Source of the DNA: an uncultured Methanosarcinales archaeon
Lineage (GTDB): Archaea > Nanobdellota > Nanobdellia > Woesearchaeales > GW2011-AR9
Direction of reading: 5' to 3'
NCBI GenBank assembly: GCA_964552945.1
Contig: CAZKIP010000005.1
Location: 2,643 to 66,642, forward strand
DNA: 64,000 nt
This document shows, piece by piece, positions 47,620-56,799 of the stretch. A program made the position numbers and the translations under genes. The number at the start of each line of letters is the position of its first letter. Positions within the stretch are counted from its first letter, which is position 1. Below the pieces are notes generated by a model that did not search any database, had not been told where the DNA came from, and saw only the letters and a list, made by a program, of their open reading frames with translations.

Positions 47620-49926
47620 GTGATTATTATTACTTTTGAATTCTCTTTTAATACCACAACCCACTGGTCAACCACAGATAAACTATTTAAAGCACCTTCT
47701 CTCCTAATATTTGTGATTAAAGATTTTCAACCAAGACTATATCAACAGACTATTTTAGGCACTGCCGCACATAAGAATACTTTGGTAGTTTTACCTACGG
47801 GATTAGGGAAAACAGCAGTAGCACTTATGCTTACTGCACAAAGATTGAATCAATATCCTAATTCTAAAATAATGATGTTGGCCCCAACCAAACCCTTATG
47901 TGAACAACATCTGGAGACTTTCAAAAAACATTTAGATATCGATGAAGATAAAATTGTTCTTTTTACAGGTAGCGTTTCACCAAAAAAGAGAGGGGAACTA
48001 TGGAAAAAAGCAAAATTGATTATTTCTACTCCTCAAGGCATGGAAAATGATGCAATTAACGAGAGAGTTAAACTAAAAGAAGTTAGCCTACTTATTTTTG
48101 ATGAAGCCCACCATGCCACAGGAGATTATGCTTATGTTTGGTTAGCACAACAATTCGAAAAACTTTCTACCAAAGCCAGAATTTTGGCTCTGACCGCTTC
48201 TCCAGGAAGTGACATGGAAAAAATAAAAGAAGTCTGTACAAACTTGAATATTGAAAAAGTAGAAGTTAGAACAGAAAAAGATCCTGATGTTAAACCCTAT
48301 ATTCAAAAAACAAAAGTTAATTGGCTAGGGGTTGATTTTCCCAAGGAATTAAAAAAAATTCAAACTTCCTTAAAAAATTGTCGTAAGAGTAAATTATTGG
48401 AAGCTAAAAAATATGGGTATTGTAAATCATTTGATATGACAAAAACTGAATTGTTGAGACTTCAAGGAGAATTTCAGAGAGACATTTCGAAAGGACATAG
48501 GGATTTTGAATTGTTACGTTCGGTATCCTTAATTGCGGAAGCACTTAAAGTGGATCATGCCTTGGAATTACTTGAATCACAAGGAGTAAAACAGCTACAT
48601 AAATATTTGACAAAAATAAGCTCTGAAGCGCTAACTTCAAAAGTAAAAGCTGTCAAAAATTTATCCATAGACCTAAATTTTAAAACAGCTTCCTATTTAA
48701 CTGAAGAAATTTTAAAAGGAGAATTTGTCCATCCCAAATTTCTGAAGCTGAAAGAACTTGTCAATGAAATTATGCAAAAAGATGGTTCTTCTAAAATGAT
48801 AATTTTTACACAATATCGCGATTCTGCTCAGGAGATTATTCGTACTATAAACGAAATGAAAATAAAAAATCATATTTTTGTTGGACAGGCAAAAAAGAGC
48901 GGGCTAGGTTTCTCTCAGAAAAAACAAAAAGAAATATTAGATAAATTTAGAGTTGGAGAATTTAACATTTTGGTAGCTACTTCTGTGGCAGAAGAAGGAT
49001 TAGATATTCCAAAGGTAGACAAAGTTATCTTTTTTGAACCTGTACCTTCTGCAATTAGGTCAATTCAAAGAAAGGGAAGAACAGGGAGATTAGAAGAAGG
49101 AGAGGTTATTGTTTTACTAACAACTGGAACAAGGGATGAAGCATATCGTTGGTCTTCTCATCATAAAGTTAAGAGAATGTATCGTAATCTTGAGAAATTA
49201 AAAAATGAATTCTCATTTTTACATGAAAAAAAGGAAAACACAACTTTAAATAGGTTTATTCCAGAAGAAAAAGTAGTTACAGTTCTTGCGGATCATAGAG
49301 AGAAGGATAATCGAATAGTTAAAGAATTAATTAATTTGGGAGTTTCTGTAAAAACTGCTCAATTGGATTCAGCAGATTATGTTCTTTCTGGAAAGGTTGG
49401 TGTTGAATTAAAAAAAGTTTCAGATTTTGTTTCTTCAATAATTGATGGGCGCCTTCTAGATCAAGTCCGTCACTTGAAAAACAATTTTGAGAAATCTGTT
49501 TTGGTCATTGAAGGAGATGAAGACATTTATTCAGTTAGGAAAGTTCATGGGAACGCTATTAGGGGAATGTTATCTTCAATCGTACTAGATTTTCAAGTAC
49601 CCATCCTTTACACAAAAAATCCTCCAGACACGGCTTCCCTTTTAGCAGTGATGGCCAGAAGAGAGCAGGATAAAACTTCCGATTTTTCTTATCATCCTTT
49701 GAAACCCAAATCATTTGCTGAGCAACAAGAGTATATCGTTTCCTCTTTTCCTTCATTAGGTGTTTCCAATGCGAGAAAACTTTTAATCCATTTTGGTTCA
49801 ATCAAAAATATTGTTAATGCTAGCAAGGAAGAATTGAAGTCAATAGAAGGTATTGGAGAAAAAATTGCTGAAGGAATCATGTCTATAGTAAATAAACAAT
49901 ATGAAAAAAATAAAAAAACAAAATAA
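47620..49926 (+). CDS. hef: Hef (archaeal XPF/FANCM-like) helicase-nuclease; likely real start at in-frame GTG ~47713
   Basis: SF2 helicase motifs LPTGLGKT, DEAHH, TASP, QRKGRTGR; C-terminal ERCC4 nuclease (VLADHREKD...ADYVLS...VERKK-like) and (HhH)2 domains; ORF N-terminus has no Met before the helicase motif I region. Confidence 0.8.
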   Translation: MIIITFEFSFNTTTHWSTTDKLFKAPSLLIFVIKDFQPRLYQQTILGTAAHKNTLVVLPTGLGKTAVALMLTAQRLNQYPNSKIMMLAPTKPLCEQHLETFKKHLDIDEDKIVLFTGSVSPKKRGELWKKAKLIISTPQGMENDAINERVKLKEVSLLIFDEAHHATGDYAYVWLAQQFEKLSTKARILALTASPGSDMEKIKEVCTNLNIEKVEVRTEKDPDVKPYIQKTKVNWLGVDFPKELKKIQTSLKNCRKSKLLEAKKYGYCKSFDMTKTELLRLQGEFQRDISKGHRDFELLRSVSLIAEALKVDHALELLESQGVKQLHKYLTKISSEALTSKVKAVKNLSIDLNFKTASYLTEEILKGEFVHPKFLKLKELVNEIMQKDGSSKMIIFTQYRDSAQEIIRTINEMKIKNHIFVGQAKKSGLGFSQKKQKEILDKFRVGEFNILVATSVAEEGLDIPKVDKVIFFEPVPSAIRSIQRKGRTGRLEEGEVIVLLTTGTRDEAYRWSSHHKVKRMYRNLEKLKNEFSFLHEKKENTTLNRFIPEEKVVTVLADHREKDNRIVKELINLGVSVKTAQLDSADYVLSGKVGVELKKVSDFVSSIIDGRLLDQVRHLKNNFEKSVLVIEGDEDIYSVRKVHGNAIRGMLSSIVLDFQVPILYTKNPPDTASLLAVMARREQDKTSDFSYHPLKPKSFAEQQEYIVSSFPSLGVSNARKLLIHFGSIKNIVNASKEELKSIEGIGEKIAEGIMSIVNKQYEKNKKTK

Positions 49927-49945
49927 AAAAAAGAAAAAAATTAGA

Positions 49946-50350
49946 TTAAAAAGTTTCTTTTTTTAACCAAGATTTTTCTAAACTCCACTTTCTGCTACCA
50001 TACACCATTAATACTAAAAATGCTGCAAAGTAAAGTACTGCTAATTCTCCTCCATTTGCTAAAGGGTTAAATCCTGTTGGCAGGTGAACTTTGAAATAAG
50101 CAACTATCATTGTAATTGCTCCACCTAATGCACCTAATCTTGTCCAAAAACCTACTAAGATACCTAAACCAGCCAATAATTCTACAACTCCTGCCACACC
50201 CATTAAACTCGCAACAGGCCCTGCTTTTGCTCCGAATAATTTTCCATATCCATGTAGGAAGAACATTACTCCAACTAAAATTCTAAACAAAAAATAGTGG
50301 TAATCACCATATTTTTCTACCCAACTATTACATTTTCCCATATTCAACAC
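49946..50350 (-). CDS. DoxX-family membrane protein
   Basis: 134 aa, 4 TM helices, FFLHGYGKLFG DoxX-like motif. Confidence 0.5.
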   Translation of the reverse strand: MLNMGKCNSWVEKYGDYHYFLFRILVGVMFFLHGYGKLFGAKAGPVASLMGVAGVVELLAGLGILVGFWTRLGALGGAITMIVAYFKVHLPTGFNPLANGGELAVLYFAAFLVLMVYGSRKWSLEKSWLKKETF

Positions 50351-50423
50351 CTCGTATTTTTTTCTAATTTGTTCTATTTTACTTATTATTTATCATTAAG
50401 AACCTTCTTATTAATAAAAGTTA

Positions 50424-51215
50424 TTAATTAGACTTTTTATTCTTTATGAATTTATTGAGCTTAATTTTTCCAGTTTGCCATTCTTTTAGTAGAAAAATGG
50501 CAGCAGAATCAAGGTTTGGTTTTCCACCTTTTGCTATTTTTTTATATTTTAAAGCAATTTTAGAAAGAAAATCTTCTCCATCTTCTCCCTCCTCAATTTT
50601 TAATTTAAAATGGGCTTCAAGTACTTCTTTGTTTTCTTCAATTAGTTTTAGTGCCACCAGTTCCGGATTTTTTATCTTAGAAAAATCAATTGCTCCAATC
50701 ATCCCATGTTTTGAATCATCTTTTTCCATTTGAGGAAAAACTCCGGGGGTATCCAACAAAACAATTCTTTTATCTACTCTTATTTTTTGTAAACCTTTTG
50801 TAAATCCACTTTCTGAAGAAGTTCTTGCTTTGGCTTTCCCACATAGGGCGTTTATCAATGAAGATTTTCCAACATTTGGATATCCTAAGATGCCAACAAC
50901 AACTTCCTTTCCTCTTGATAGGCGTAGAATTTTCTTCTTTAGAATGGTTGTTCCCAAACGATCTTTGCTTGAAATAAAAACACTTGGGTTTAATTCTTTA
51001 GTTTTTCTTTTAATTTCGTTATAATTTACTAAGTCACATTTGTTTATAACATAAATAATTTGTTTTTTGCTATTTTTGATTTTTCTTTCTATTTCGTGAT
51101 TTCTTGTTTCCTCAATCATTCTGGCATCTAGTACTTCAATGATAAGGTCCGCTTCCTTTATTACTTTGTTAACTTGTTTCCAATATGATGCCATAGTCTT
51201 TACTCTAAGATACAA
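50424..51215 (-). CDS. Circularly permuted GTPase (YlqF/RbgA/Nug1-like ribosome-biogenesis GTPase)
   Basis: Motif order G4 (VINKCDL) then G1 (GYPNVGKSS) then G3 (DTPG). Confidence 0.65.
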   Translation of the reverse strand: MYLRVKTMASYWKQVNKVIKEADLIIEVLDARMIEETRNHEIERKIKNSKKQIIYVINKCDLVNYNEIKRKTKELNPSVFISSKDRLGTTILKKKILRLSRGKEVVVGILGYPNVGKSSLINALCGKAKARTSSESGFTKGLQKIRVDKRIVLLDTPGVFPQMEKDDSKHGMIGAIDFSKIKNPELVALKLIEENKEVLEAHFKLKIEEGEDGEDFLSKIALKYKKIAKGGKPNLDSAAIFLLKEWQTGKIKLNKFIKNKKSN

Positions 51216-51247
51216 ATTTATAAAAATATCCTTTATTTCTACTCTTT

Positions 51248-51541
51248 ATGGCATTTTCAAAAACATTTCCTAGAACGGTTCAAGGAACCAATTACCCGAT
51301 ATGGGAAGAAGTAACTCTTTCTGAAGAAGAAGAAAAGAAAGTTGAGGAAGATTGTCAAAAAGAGAATTCTCAAATAATGGATGATTGTTTGAACGAAGCT
51401 AAGGCTCTTACGATAAAAAATTCTTTGAATACTGAGGAAAATATAACGAGTTTGGCAATTGCTTTGTTTGAAAAAAGGGCTTCTCATGTAGTTTTTTGGA
51501 AAGAAAACAAAGCTAAAGAAAAATTTAATCAACAAGGTTAA
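51248..51541 (+). CDS. Hypothetical small acidic protein
   Basis: 97-aa ORF; the overlapping antisense ORF 51257-51580 looks compositionally spurious. Confidence 0.25.
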   Translation: MAFSKTFPRTVQGTNYPIWEEVTLSEEEEKKVEEDCQKENSQIMDDCLNEAKALTIKNSLNTEENITSLAIALFEKRASHVVFWKENKAKEKFNQQG

Positions 51542-51557
51542 AAGAATAAAATTTATT

Positions 51558-52010
51558 TTAATATTTGAGTAATTTCTCAAACTTTTCCAATTCCTTTTTA
51601 GTATTAAAGAATAAAAGGTGTTTACCTTTTTTGGTTAAAATATATCCTCCATGAAATAATTTGTCAATTTTATGGAAAACTATGCTTTTCAAAAGTAATT
51701 TTTCTTCTATCTTCGACCATCTAGTTTTTCTTATAATTTTAATATGTGTTGGGTTGATGTGATATTTCTCTTCCACTTGCCTGATAAAGTGAACAAATCT
51801 TGAAATTAAACTATATGCAAGCAGGAAAAATACTGTGAAGTAAATTCCGTAAAGTAACCCTTCTTCAAGATTATAAAATGCAATTAGAAAAACAAATACC
51901 GCTAATAAAATAATTGTAAACAATTCTCCCCTGAATGAAAAAAACTTGTTTGCGGGAAAAATCCAGCTAAATTCCTTTCCTTTTTTTCTAACAATTTTTT
52001 TCTTTGCCAT
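51558..52010 (-). CDS. Membrane protein (two TM helices), hypothetical
   Basis: 150 aa; Lys-rich N-terminus and hydrophobic helices. Confidence 0.3.
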   Translation of the reverse strand: MAKKKIVRKKGKEFSWIFPANKFFSFRGELFTIILLAVFVFLIAFYNLEEGLLYGIYFTVFFLLAYSLISRFVHFIRQVEEKYHINPTHIKIIRKTRWSKIEEKLLLKSIVFHKIDKLFHGGYILTKKGKHLLFFNTKKELEKFEKLLKY

Positions 52011-52039
52011 TTTTAATTTAGATTAATTGGAAATATTAA

Positions 52040-52276
52040 TCAATATTTAACTATGGGTGCCTTAGTCATGCTTACAAGAGATGCAACAAACATTGCTGTA
52101 AAGATTAGCATCAAAGCTATTGCAAAATTTTGACTATAATCGTATACCACGTAAACGCTAATTAAGAATCCAAGAATTGCTGTAATCATAAAACTTCCTT
52201 TAAGTGGGGCCCACTTTTTTCTTTTTTCTTCAATTTTTTTAGGTCCCTTCCTTTTTCTCTTTTTATGTCTAGCCAT
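52040..52276 (-). CDS. Small membrane protein
   Basis: 78 aa; basic N-terminus plus two TM helices. Confidence 0.3.
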   Translation of the reverse strand: MARHKKRKRKGPKKIEEKRKKWAPLKGSFMITAILGFLISVYVVYDYSQNFAIALMLIFTAMFVASLVSMTKAPIVKY

Positions 52277-52347
52277 TAATCTATCGCCTCTTTACTCTTA
52301 GAATATTTTACTTGTTTTTAAATGTTATCCTCTGGCCTTATCTGAGG

Positions 52348-53463
52348 TCATCGATTACTTAGAAATTTATCTACTTCCTTTTTAGCCTTAACCAACTTCT
52401 TTCGATGTTCTTTCAAAAATTTGTTTGTTTTTTCAATCAAAATTTGTTTAAGTTCTCCCGATAATAATTTTCCTGAGCTATAATCATCATAAATCTTTTT
52501 TAGCTTCTTATCATCTGGTTCCATTCCATACAATAACATTTGATAAGCCACGTCTATCTCAGGAACTCCACCTTTTTTACGATGTTCTTCTAATGTTGCT
52601 CTTCCACCGGAGAAGGCATATTTTTTTATTTTTCTGGCAGCTTCTTCTGGAGAATCGTTAAGCGCAATGAAAGACATTGGGTCTGAAGAAGACATTTTTC
52701 CTCCTTTCAATCCGGGCATAAATTTATGATATGTAGAACTCAACGTTTTGAATTTATTTAATTTAATTCTTTTTGAAAGGTCTCTGGCCAACCTTAAATG
52801 GGGGTCTTGGTCTGCTCCAACTGGGACTATGACCGGGAGTGGTTTACCTTCAAATTCTGGGAGTTGTGGATGTAACATATCGGCTGCTTGTAGTAAGGCG
52901 GAGGACATTTTTCCTGGTGAAATGTTTCCATAAATTGCTTTAAATTCATTGTAGGTTACATGTCTAGCTAACATTTGTGAAAGAGAATAGTAAGCATTTG
53001 CTTTATTTCCATCCTTAGCTCTAGCTGATTGAAAATAGAAATCACATTTTTTCAAATCTAATCCTAAAGCAACATAATTTGTTAAATATTCTTCTATGGC
53101 GGTTTTATGAAGTTCTTTCAAATTGGTATTTCTAGAATTGTATGCTTCAATGTCTGCTACAGTTAAATATATTTTTGCTCCTAATTTTTGATAGAATATA
53201 ATTTGATCGGCAACCATTTTGTGACCAAAATGAAACCTTCCTGAAGGCATTAGGCCAGTCATCATTACAAAAGGTTTCTTATTTTGGACTGCTTCCACAA
53301 TTTGTTTGAAATCTCTATGGGCAAAAATCATCTCTCTTCTAAACAGAACTTGCTCTTGAAATACGGCAGGAAGATTTCTTAAAGGATTAAGACCAAAATC
53401 TTTCATTAACTTATCATAATCGATTTTACCAGAAACTTCCCAAGGAGTAACTTTAGCTTTCAT
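52348..53463 (-). CDS. trpS: Tryptophanyl-tRNA synthetase (archaeal/eukaryotic type)
   Basis: N-terminal VTPWEVSGKIDYDKLMKDFG, HIGH-type motif PSGRFHFGH, KMSSS motif; 371 aa. Confidence 0.8.
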   Translation of the reverse strand: MKAKVTPWEVSGKIDYDKLMKDFGLNPLRNLPAVFQEQVLFRREMIFAHRDFKQIVEAVQNKKPFVMMTGLMPSGRFHFGHKMVADQIIFYQKLGAKIYLTVADIEAYNSRNTNLKELHKTAIEEYLTNYVALGLDLKKCDFYFQSARAKDGNKANAYYSLSQMLARHVTYNEFKAIYGNISPGKMSSALLQAADMLHPQLPEFEGKPLPVIVPVGADQDPHLRLARDLSKRIKLNKFKTLSSTYHKFMPGLKGGKMSSSDPMSFIALNDSPEEAARKIKKYAFSGGRATLEEHRKKGGVPEIDVAYQMLLYGMEPDDKKLKKIYDDYSSGKLLSGELKQILIEKTNKFLKEHRKKLVKAKKEVDKFLSNR

Positions 53464-53485
53464 ACTTTAGTAAGAATTAGGAGGT

Positions 53486-54208
53486 TTATATATTTTTCAT
53501 TTTTTTGTAAACAAAATCAATTACTCCCTTTAAATTTTCTATGTCTTCTCTATTGTATTCAAGAAGAAGATCAAGATACTCCTTGTCCCCAGAAGCATGA
53601 AATGATTTCCATAAATCTACTGGATTTCCTTTAAGGTTTGCTGGCCTTCTTAGATTAAGCCTTTTTTCTACTTCTTTAAGTCCACCAGTTAAGCCTATAT
53701 TTATACATAGGGGTTTTAAGTCGATATGGGGGTGAGAAATATTTAATTTCAACTCTTTTCTTAATTTAGGCAAATCAAAAGCCCCTCCATTAAAAGTTAT
53801 TATTATCTTATATTTTTGCAATTCTTTTTCTATCGTATTTTTTTCTAGATTAACTCCCTTAACGAAGAAATGGGTATTATAATAATCAGATACTCCCAAT
53901 AGAACAATTTTTCCATAAGAATCAACTTCAATATCTAAGAAACAACAATCTTCTTTAAAATATTCATAAATTCTCCACATTTCTATTTGTGGCAATTTGT
54001 TAACAAAATAGGAGGGGTTTTCATCCAGCAAGGCTTTTTGCGCTTCTTTTATTTTCCTATTATAATAGAGTTTTCTTTTTTTTGATATCCCTTTAATCTT
54101 CTCTTTTTTTAAGAAATCTTGCCAGTTTTTTATACCTTGTTCCCAAAGATTATTTTCTTTCTTTTTACCAACTTTTTCTAGAAAAATAAACGAATCTCGA
54201 ATCATCAA
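53486..54208 (-). CDS. RNase H-like 3'-5' exonuclease-fold protein (YprB/PolB-exo-like)
   Basis: CFLDIEVD and ITFNGGAFDLP acidic motifs spaced as in DnaQ-like/RNase_H_2 domains. Confidence 0.45.
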   Translation of the reverse strand: MMIRDSFIFLEKVGKKKENNLWEQGIKNWQDFLKKEKIKGISKKRKLYYNRKIKEAQKALLDENPSYFVNKLPQIEMWRIYEYFKEDCCFLDIEVDSYGKIVLLGVSDYYNTHFFVKGVNLEKNTIEKELQKYKIIITFNGGAFDLPKLRKELKLNISHPHIDLKPLCINIGLTGGLKEVEKRLNLRRPANLKGNPVDLWKSFHASGDKEYLDLLLEYNREDIENLKGVIDFVYKKMKNI

Positions 54209-54246
54209 ATCTTATAATTTAACTGTTTTATATAGATTCTGGTAGT

Positions 54247-55332
54247 TTATATATCTATAACAACTTTCTTTTCTTTTAAGTTAACACTCTTAATTTTCTT
54301 TTCCTTTTTGAGAGCTTTTCCAACATCGACCCACTCCTCAGTTTTACGAAGTTCTTTAACAATATCTAGCAATTTTTGTAAGGGTTGATACTTCTCATAA
54401 ATCAAATCAGCTTTTTTTGTATTTGATTCAATTAGACCTTCTTGTTTTTTTATAGAATCTTTTTGCTCCTTGATCGTTTTCTCAAGACCTTTTATTTTCT
54501 TATCATAAGGAGAAATGGTCTGAAAGGGGTTTATTGTGTTAATTGCTTTGTTGTAAGTATCAACCTCTTTTATGATTTTTTTATCAAGTAAAGTTAAAGG
54601 AGTGATTTCTTCCTCATAAATAAACCCCGAAGGTTTCTTAATAATTTTTTTAATTTTCTCAATTTCTTTAACGATTAACTCACTCTCTTTATCATCAATT
54701 TCTTTTGGTAAACTATTTTTATCGATATTTATTCTTAAACAAATCTCCTCAGCATACAATCCTCCTAAACCAATTTCTGTAGCTAGAGATGTAGCTAGAT
54801 TTTTTTTCTCACTTTTTTTAAGAATTTTTTTAAGTTCACTTTCAGAGATTTCTTTCCAATTAATTCCTGCTTCAGGAAAGAGATATTTCTCTTTTGGTTT
54901 GATAACTCTATCTTTCCACCTTTGCCATTCCAATGTAGCAATAATTTCCATGTTTTCTTTAGTAAAAACAATGTTGCCTTTTGAGAAAAGTTCAATTATC
55001 AGAAAATATTTCTCTTTTTTTTCTAATTCTAAGATGAGTACTCTATCTGAAAATCTTTGAGTGATACTTTTTATGAATGCATTGTTAAGGTATTTTCTCA
55101 ATTGCATACAGAAACCAGTTGGTCTTATTGGAGGATTTTTTTCTTCGGTTAAACAAACAAATTTTCCTGGAATAATTTTTAGCAAAACTTTCCCTTTTCC
55201 TACAGCATGTAGCTGTAAGAGTAATTCTTTTTTTTCTTGATGATAAATTTGAGAAATCTTTCCTTTGGTTAGGAATTGTAGTTCATTAACTATTGCAGCC
55301 AGTTCTAAAGAGGAGATTGATTTCTTTTTCAT
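54247..55332 (-). CDS. NFACT-N domain protein (RqcH/Tae2/NEMF-like), short form; start moved to internal Met to clear tRNA-Cys
   Basis: N-terminal SSLELAAIVNELQFLTKGKISQIYHQ resembles the NFACT-N start; coiled-coil central part; ORF-track start 55398 would overlap tRNA-Cys. Confidence 0.45.
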   Translation of the reverse strand: MKKKSISSLELAAIVNELQFLTKGKISQIYHQEKKELLLQLHAVGKGKVLLKIIPGKFVCLTEEKNPPIRPTGFCMQLRKYLNNAFIKSITQRFSDRVLILELEKKEKYFLIIELFSKGNIVFTKENMEIIATLEWQRWKDRVIKPKEKYLFPEAGINWKEISESELKKILKKSEKKNLATSLATEIGLGGLYAEEICLRINIDKNSLPKEIDDKESELIVKEIEKIKKIIKKPSGFIYEEEITPLTLLDKKIIKEVDTYNKAINTINPFQTISPYDKKIKGLEKTIKEQKDSIKKQEGLIESNTKKADLIYEKYQPLQKLLDIVKELRKTEEWVDVGKALKKEKKIKSVNLKEKKVVIDI

Positions 55333-55377
55333 ATTGTTAGAATAGTTGCTTGTTTTAAATAGTTTTTTAGAAAAATG

Positions 55378-55488
55378 AGGGCCTGGAGGGAATTTCACTA
55401 GACGTTCGTTCCATCACTTGCGTCATAGACTTGAACCCCCGATCTGTCCCTCTGCAGGGGACCGCTTTAGCCGCTTAGCCACAGACCC
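55378..55488 (-). tRNA. tRNA-Cys (GCA) with ~38-nt intron between T-loop and T-stem 3' strand
   Basis: Acceptor GGGTCTG/CAGGCCC + U73, anticodon stem GTCCC/GGGAC with loop CTGCAGA, T-stem GGGGG...CCCTC with TTCAAGT loop then insert; TATA (ACTATATAAAT) upstream and oligo-T downstream. Confidence 0.7.
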
Positions 55489-55536
55489 ATAAGAATCTCT
55501 TAATGTTGATTATTTATATAGTTATTGGAAGAAATA

Positions 55537-55671
55537 TGGGCCTGATGGGAAAGTCGAAGCATCGCTCCTTTCTGCGAAACTTATTCGAACCCACGGTATC
55601 CAGCTCTCATCAATTGGTTTTTACAACCAACATAGAAGGCTGGCGCCCTATCCAGACTAGGCTACAGGCCC
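55537..55671 (-). tRNA. tRNA-Arg (UCU) with two introns (canonical 37/38 ~27 nt with TTGGTT/AACCAA hairpin; T-loop/T-stem ~33 nt)
   Basis: Acceptor GGGCCTG/CAGGCCC, D-arm GCCT/GGGC, anticodon stem CCAGC/GCTGG with loop CTTCTA|A, T-arm GTGGG-TTCGAAT-[insert]-CCCAT. Confidence 0.65.
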
Positions 55672-55717
55672 ATAAGAAGCTAAATCAACAAGCATCTTTT
55701 AAATATTTCGTTAAATT

Positions 55718-56299
55718 CTATCCTTCAATCGTAATTTTCTGGACAACTACATCTTCAAGAGGCTTGTCTTGGTGGTCTTTTTGAACCTTACCAATCTTAT
55801 CAACGATATTCATTCCTTCAATAACTTTCCCAAAAACAGGGTGTTTGTCATCTAAAAAATTGTTATTCACTGTATTGATAAAAAACTGACTACCTCCTGT
55901 GTTAGGTCCGGCATTAGCCATAGAAATAGTTCCTCTATTGTTTCTATTAGAATCAGTAAACTCATCTTTAATTTTATATCCTGGATCTCCTGTTCCCCAC
56001 ATTGCTTTCTTAGAAACTTCCTTTGAAAGAGGGTCTCCTCCCTGAATCATAAATCCGTCAATTACTCTATGAAATCTTGTTCCATCGTAAAATCCTTTAT
56101 TAGCTAAATCAATGAAATTTTTTGTAGTAATTGGCATTGTATCTGTATGTAGTTGAAGTGTAAAATAGCCCATATTTGTTTCTATTTTTGCAGTTGTCAT
56201 AGTTCCCTCCTTACTAATTGCATTACCTGTACATGAAACTAAAGTAAAAACTATAGTTACAGACAATATCAAAAAGAATAATTTTGTAACATATTTCAT
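55718..56299 (-). CDS. Cyclophilin-type peptidyl-prolyl cis-trans isomerase, lipoprotein
   Basis: FHRVIDGFMIQGGDP and downstream motifs of cyclophilins; N-terminal signal with LVSC lipobox. Confidence 0.8.
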   Translation of the reverse strand: MKYVTKLFFLILSVTIVFTLVSCTGNAISKEGTMTTAKIETNMGYFTLQLHTDTMPITTKNFIDLANKGFYDGTRFHRVIDGFMIQGGDPLSKEVSKKAMWGTGDPGYKIKDEFTDSNRNNRGTISMANAGPNTGGSQFFINTVNNNFLDDKHPVFGKVIEGMNIVDKIGKVQKDHQDKPLEDVVVQKITIEG

Positions 56300-56421
56300 T
56301 TTATTTCACAAAAAAACCCTAGTTTTAAACTTTACGTATTTTAAGACACCACTTTTAAGTAACAAATCTAGGAAACCTTTATAAATGCGCTTATTTTTTA
56401 GCATATTAGGAGGAATTTAAT

Positions 56422-56799
56422 ATGGCTAATACAAAACAAATCGAAAACAATGTTATAGAATCATTTCAATTGGCTAAAAAGGACATTTCAATCCTATTTG
56501 ACCAAGTTGCTAAACTAAGGAAAGAACTTTCTCAGTTAAACGCAGCTCGTTATGAACTTTCACTAGAAGTAAAAAAACTTTCTTCAAAAAGAAAAGTTTC
56601 TAGAAAAAAAGTTTCAACTAAAACTAAATCTAAACCTTCAGTGAGCAAAAAATATGTTGCTTCAAAGAAAGGTAAAAAAGTACACAATCCAAACTGTTTC
56701 TTTGCATCAAATATTGATAAAGAAAATAGGGTTGTTTTTAACACCAAAACAAAAGCACTTAATGAAGGATTTAGATTGTGTAGCTGTCTAGCTTACTAA
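56422..56799 (+). CDS. Coiled-coil protein with Lys-rich linker and C-terminal Ada-type zinc-binding domain
   Basis: C-terminal HNPNCFFAS...ENRVVFNTKTKALNEGFRLCSC resembles the Ada metal-binding domain (...PSC...V.F.....A...GFRPCKRC); AGGAGG SD 8 nt upstream. Confidence 0.4.
   Translation: MANTKQIENNVIESFQLAKKDISILFDQVAKLRKELSQLNAARYELSLEVKKLSSKRKVSRKKVSTKTKSKPSVSKKYVASKKGKKVHNPNCFFASNIDKENRVVFNTKTKALNEGFRLCSCLAY

Noticed and set aside
55503-55784. 93-aa plus-strand ORF
   Set aside because: Covers the tRNA-Arg gene and its promoter on the opposite strand. Judged spurious.
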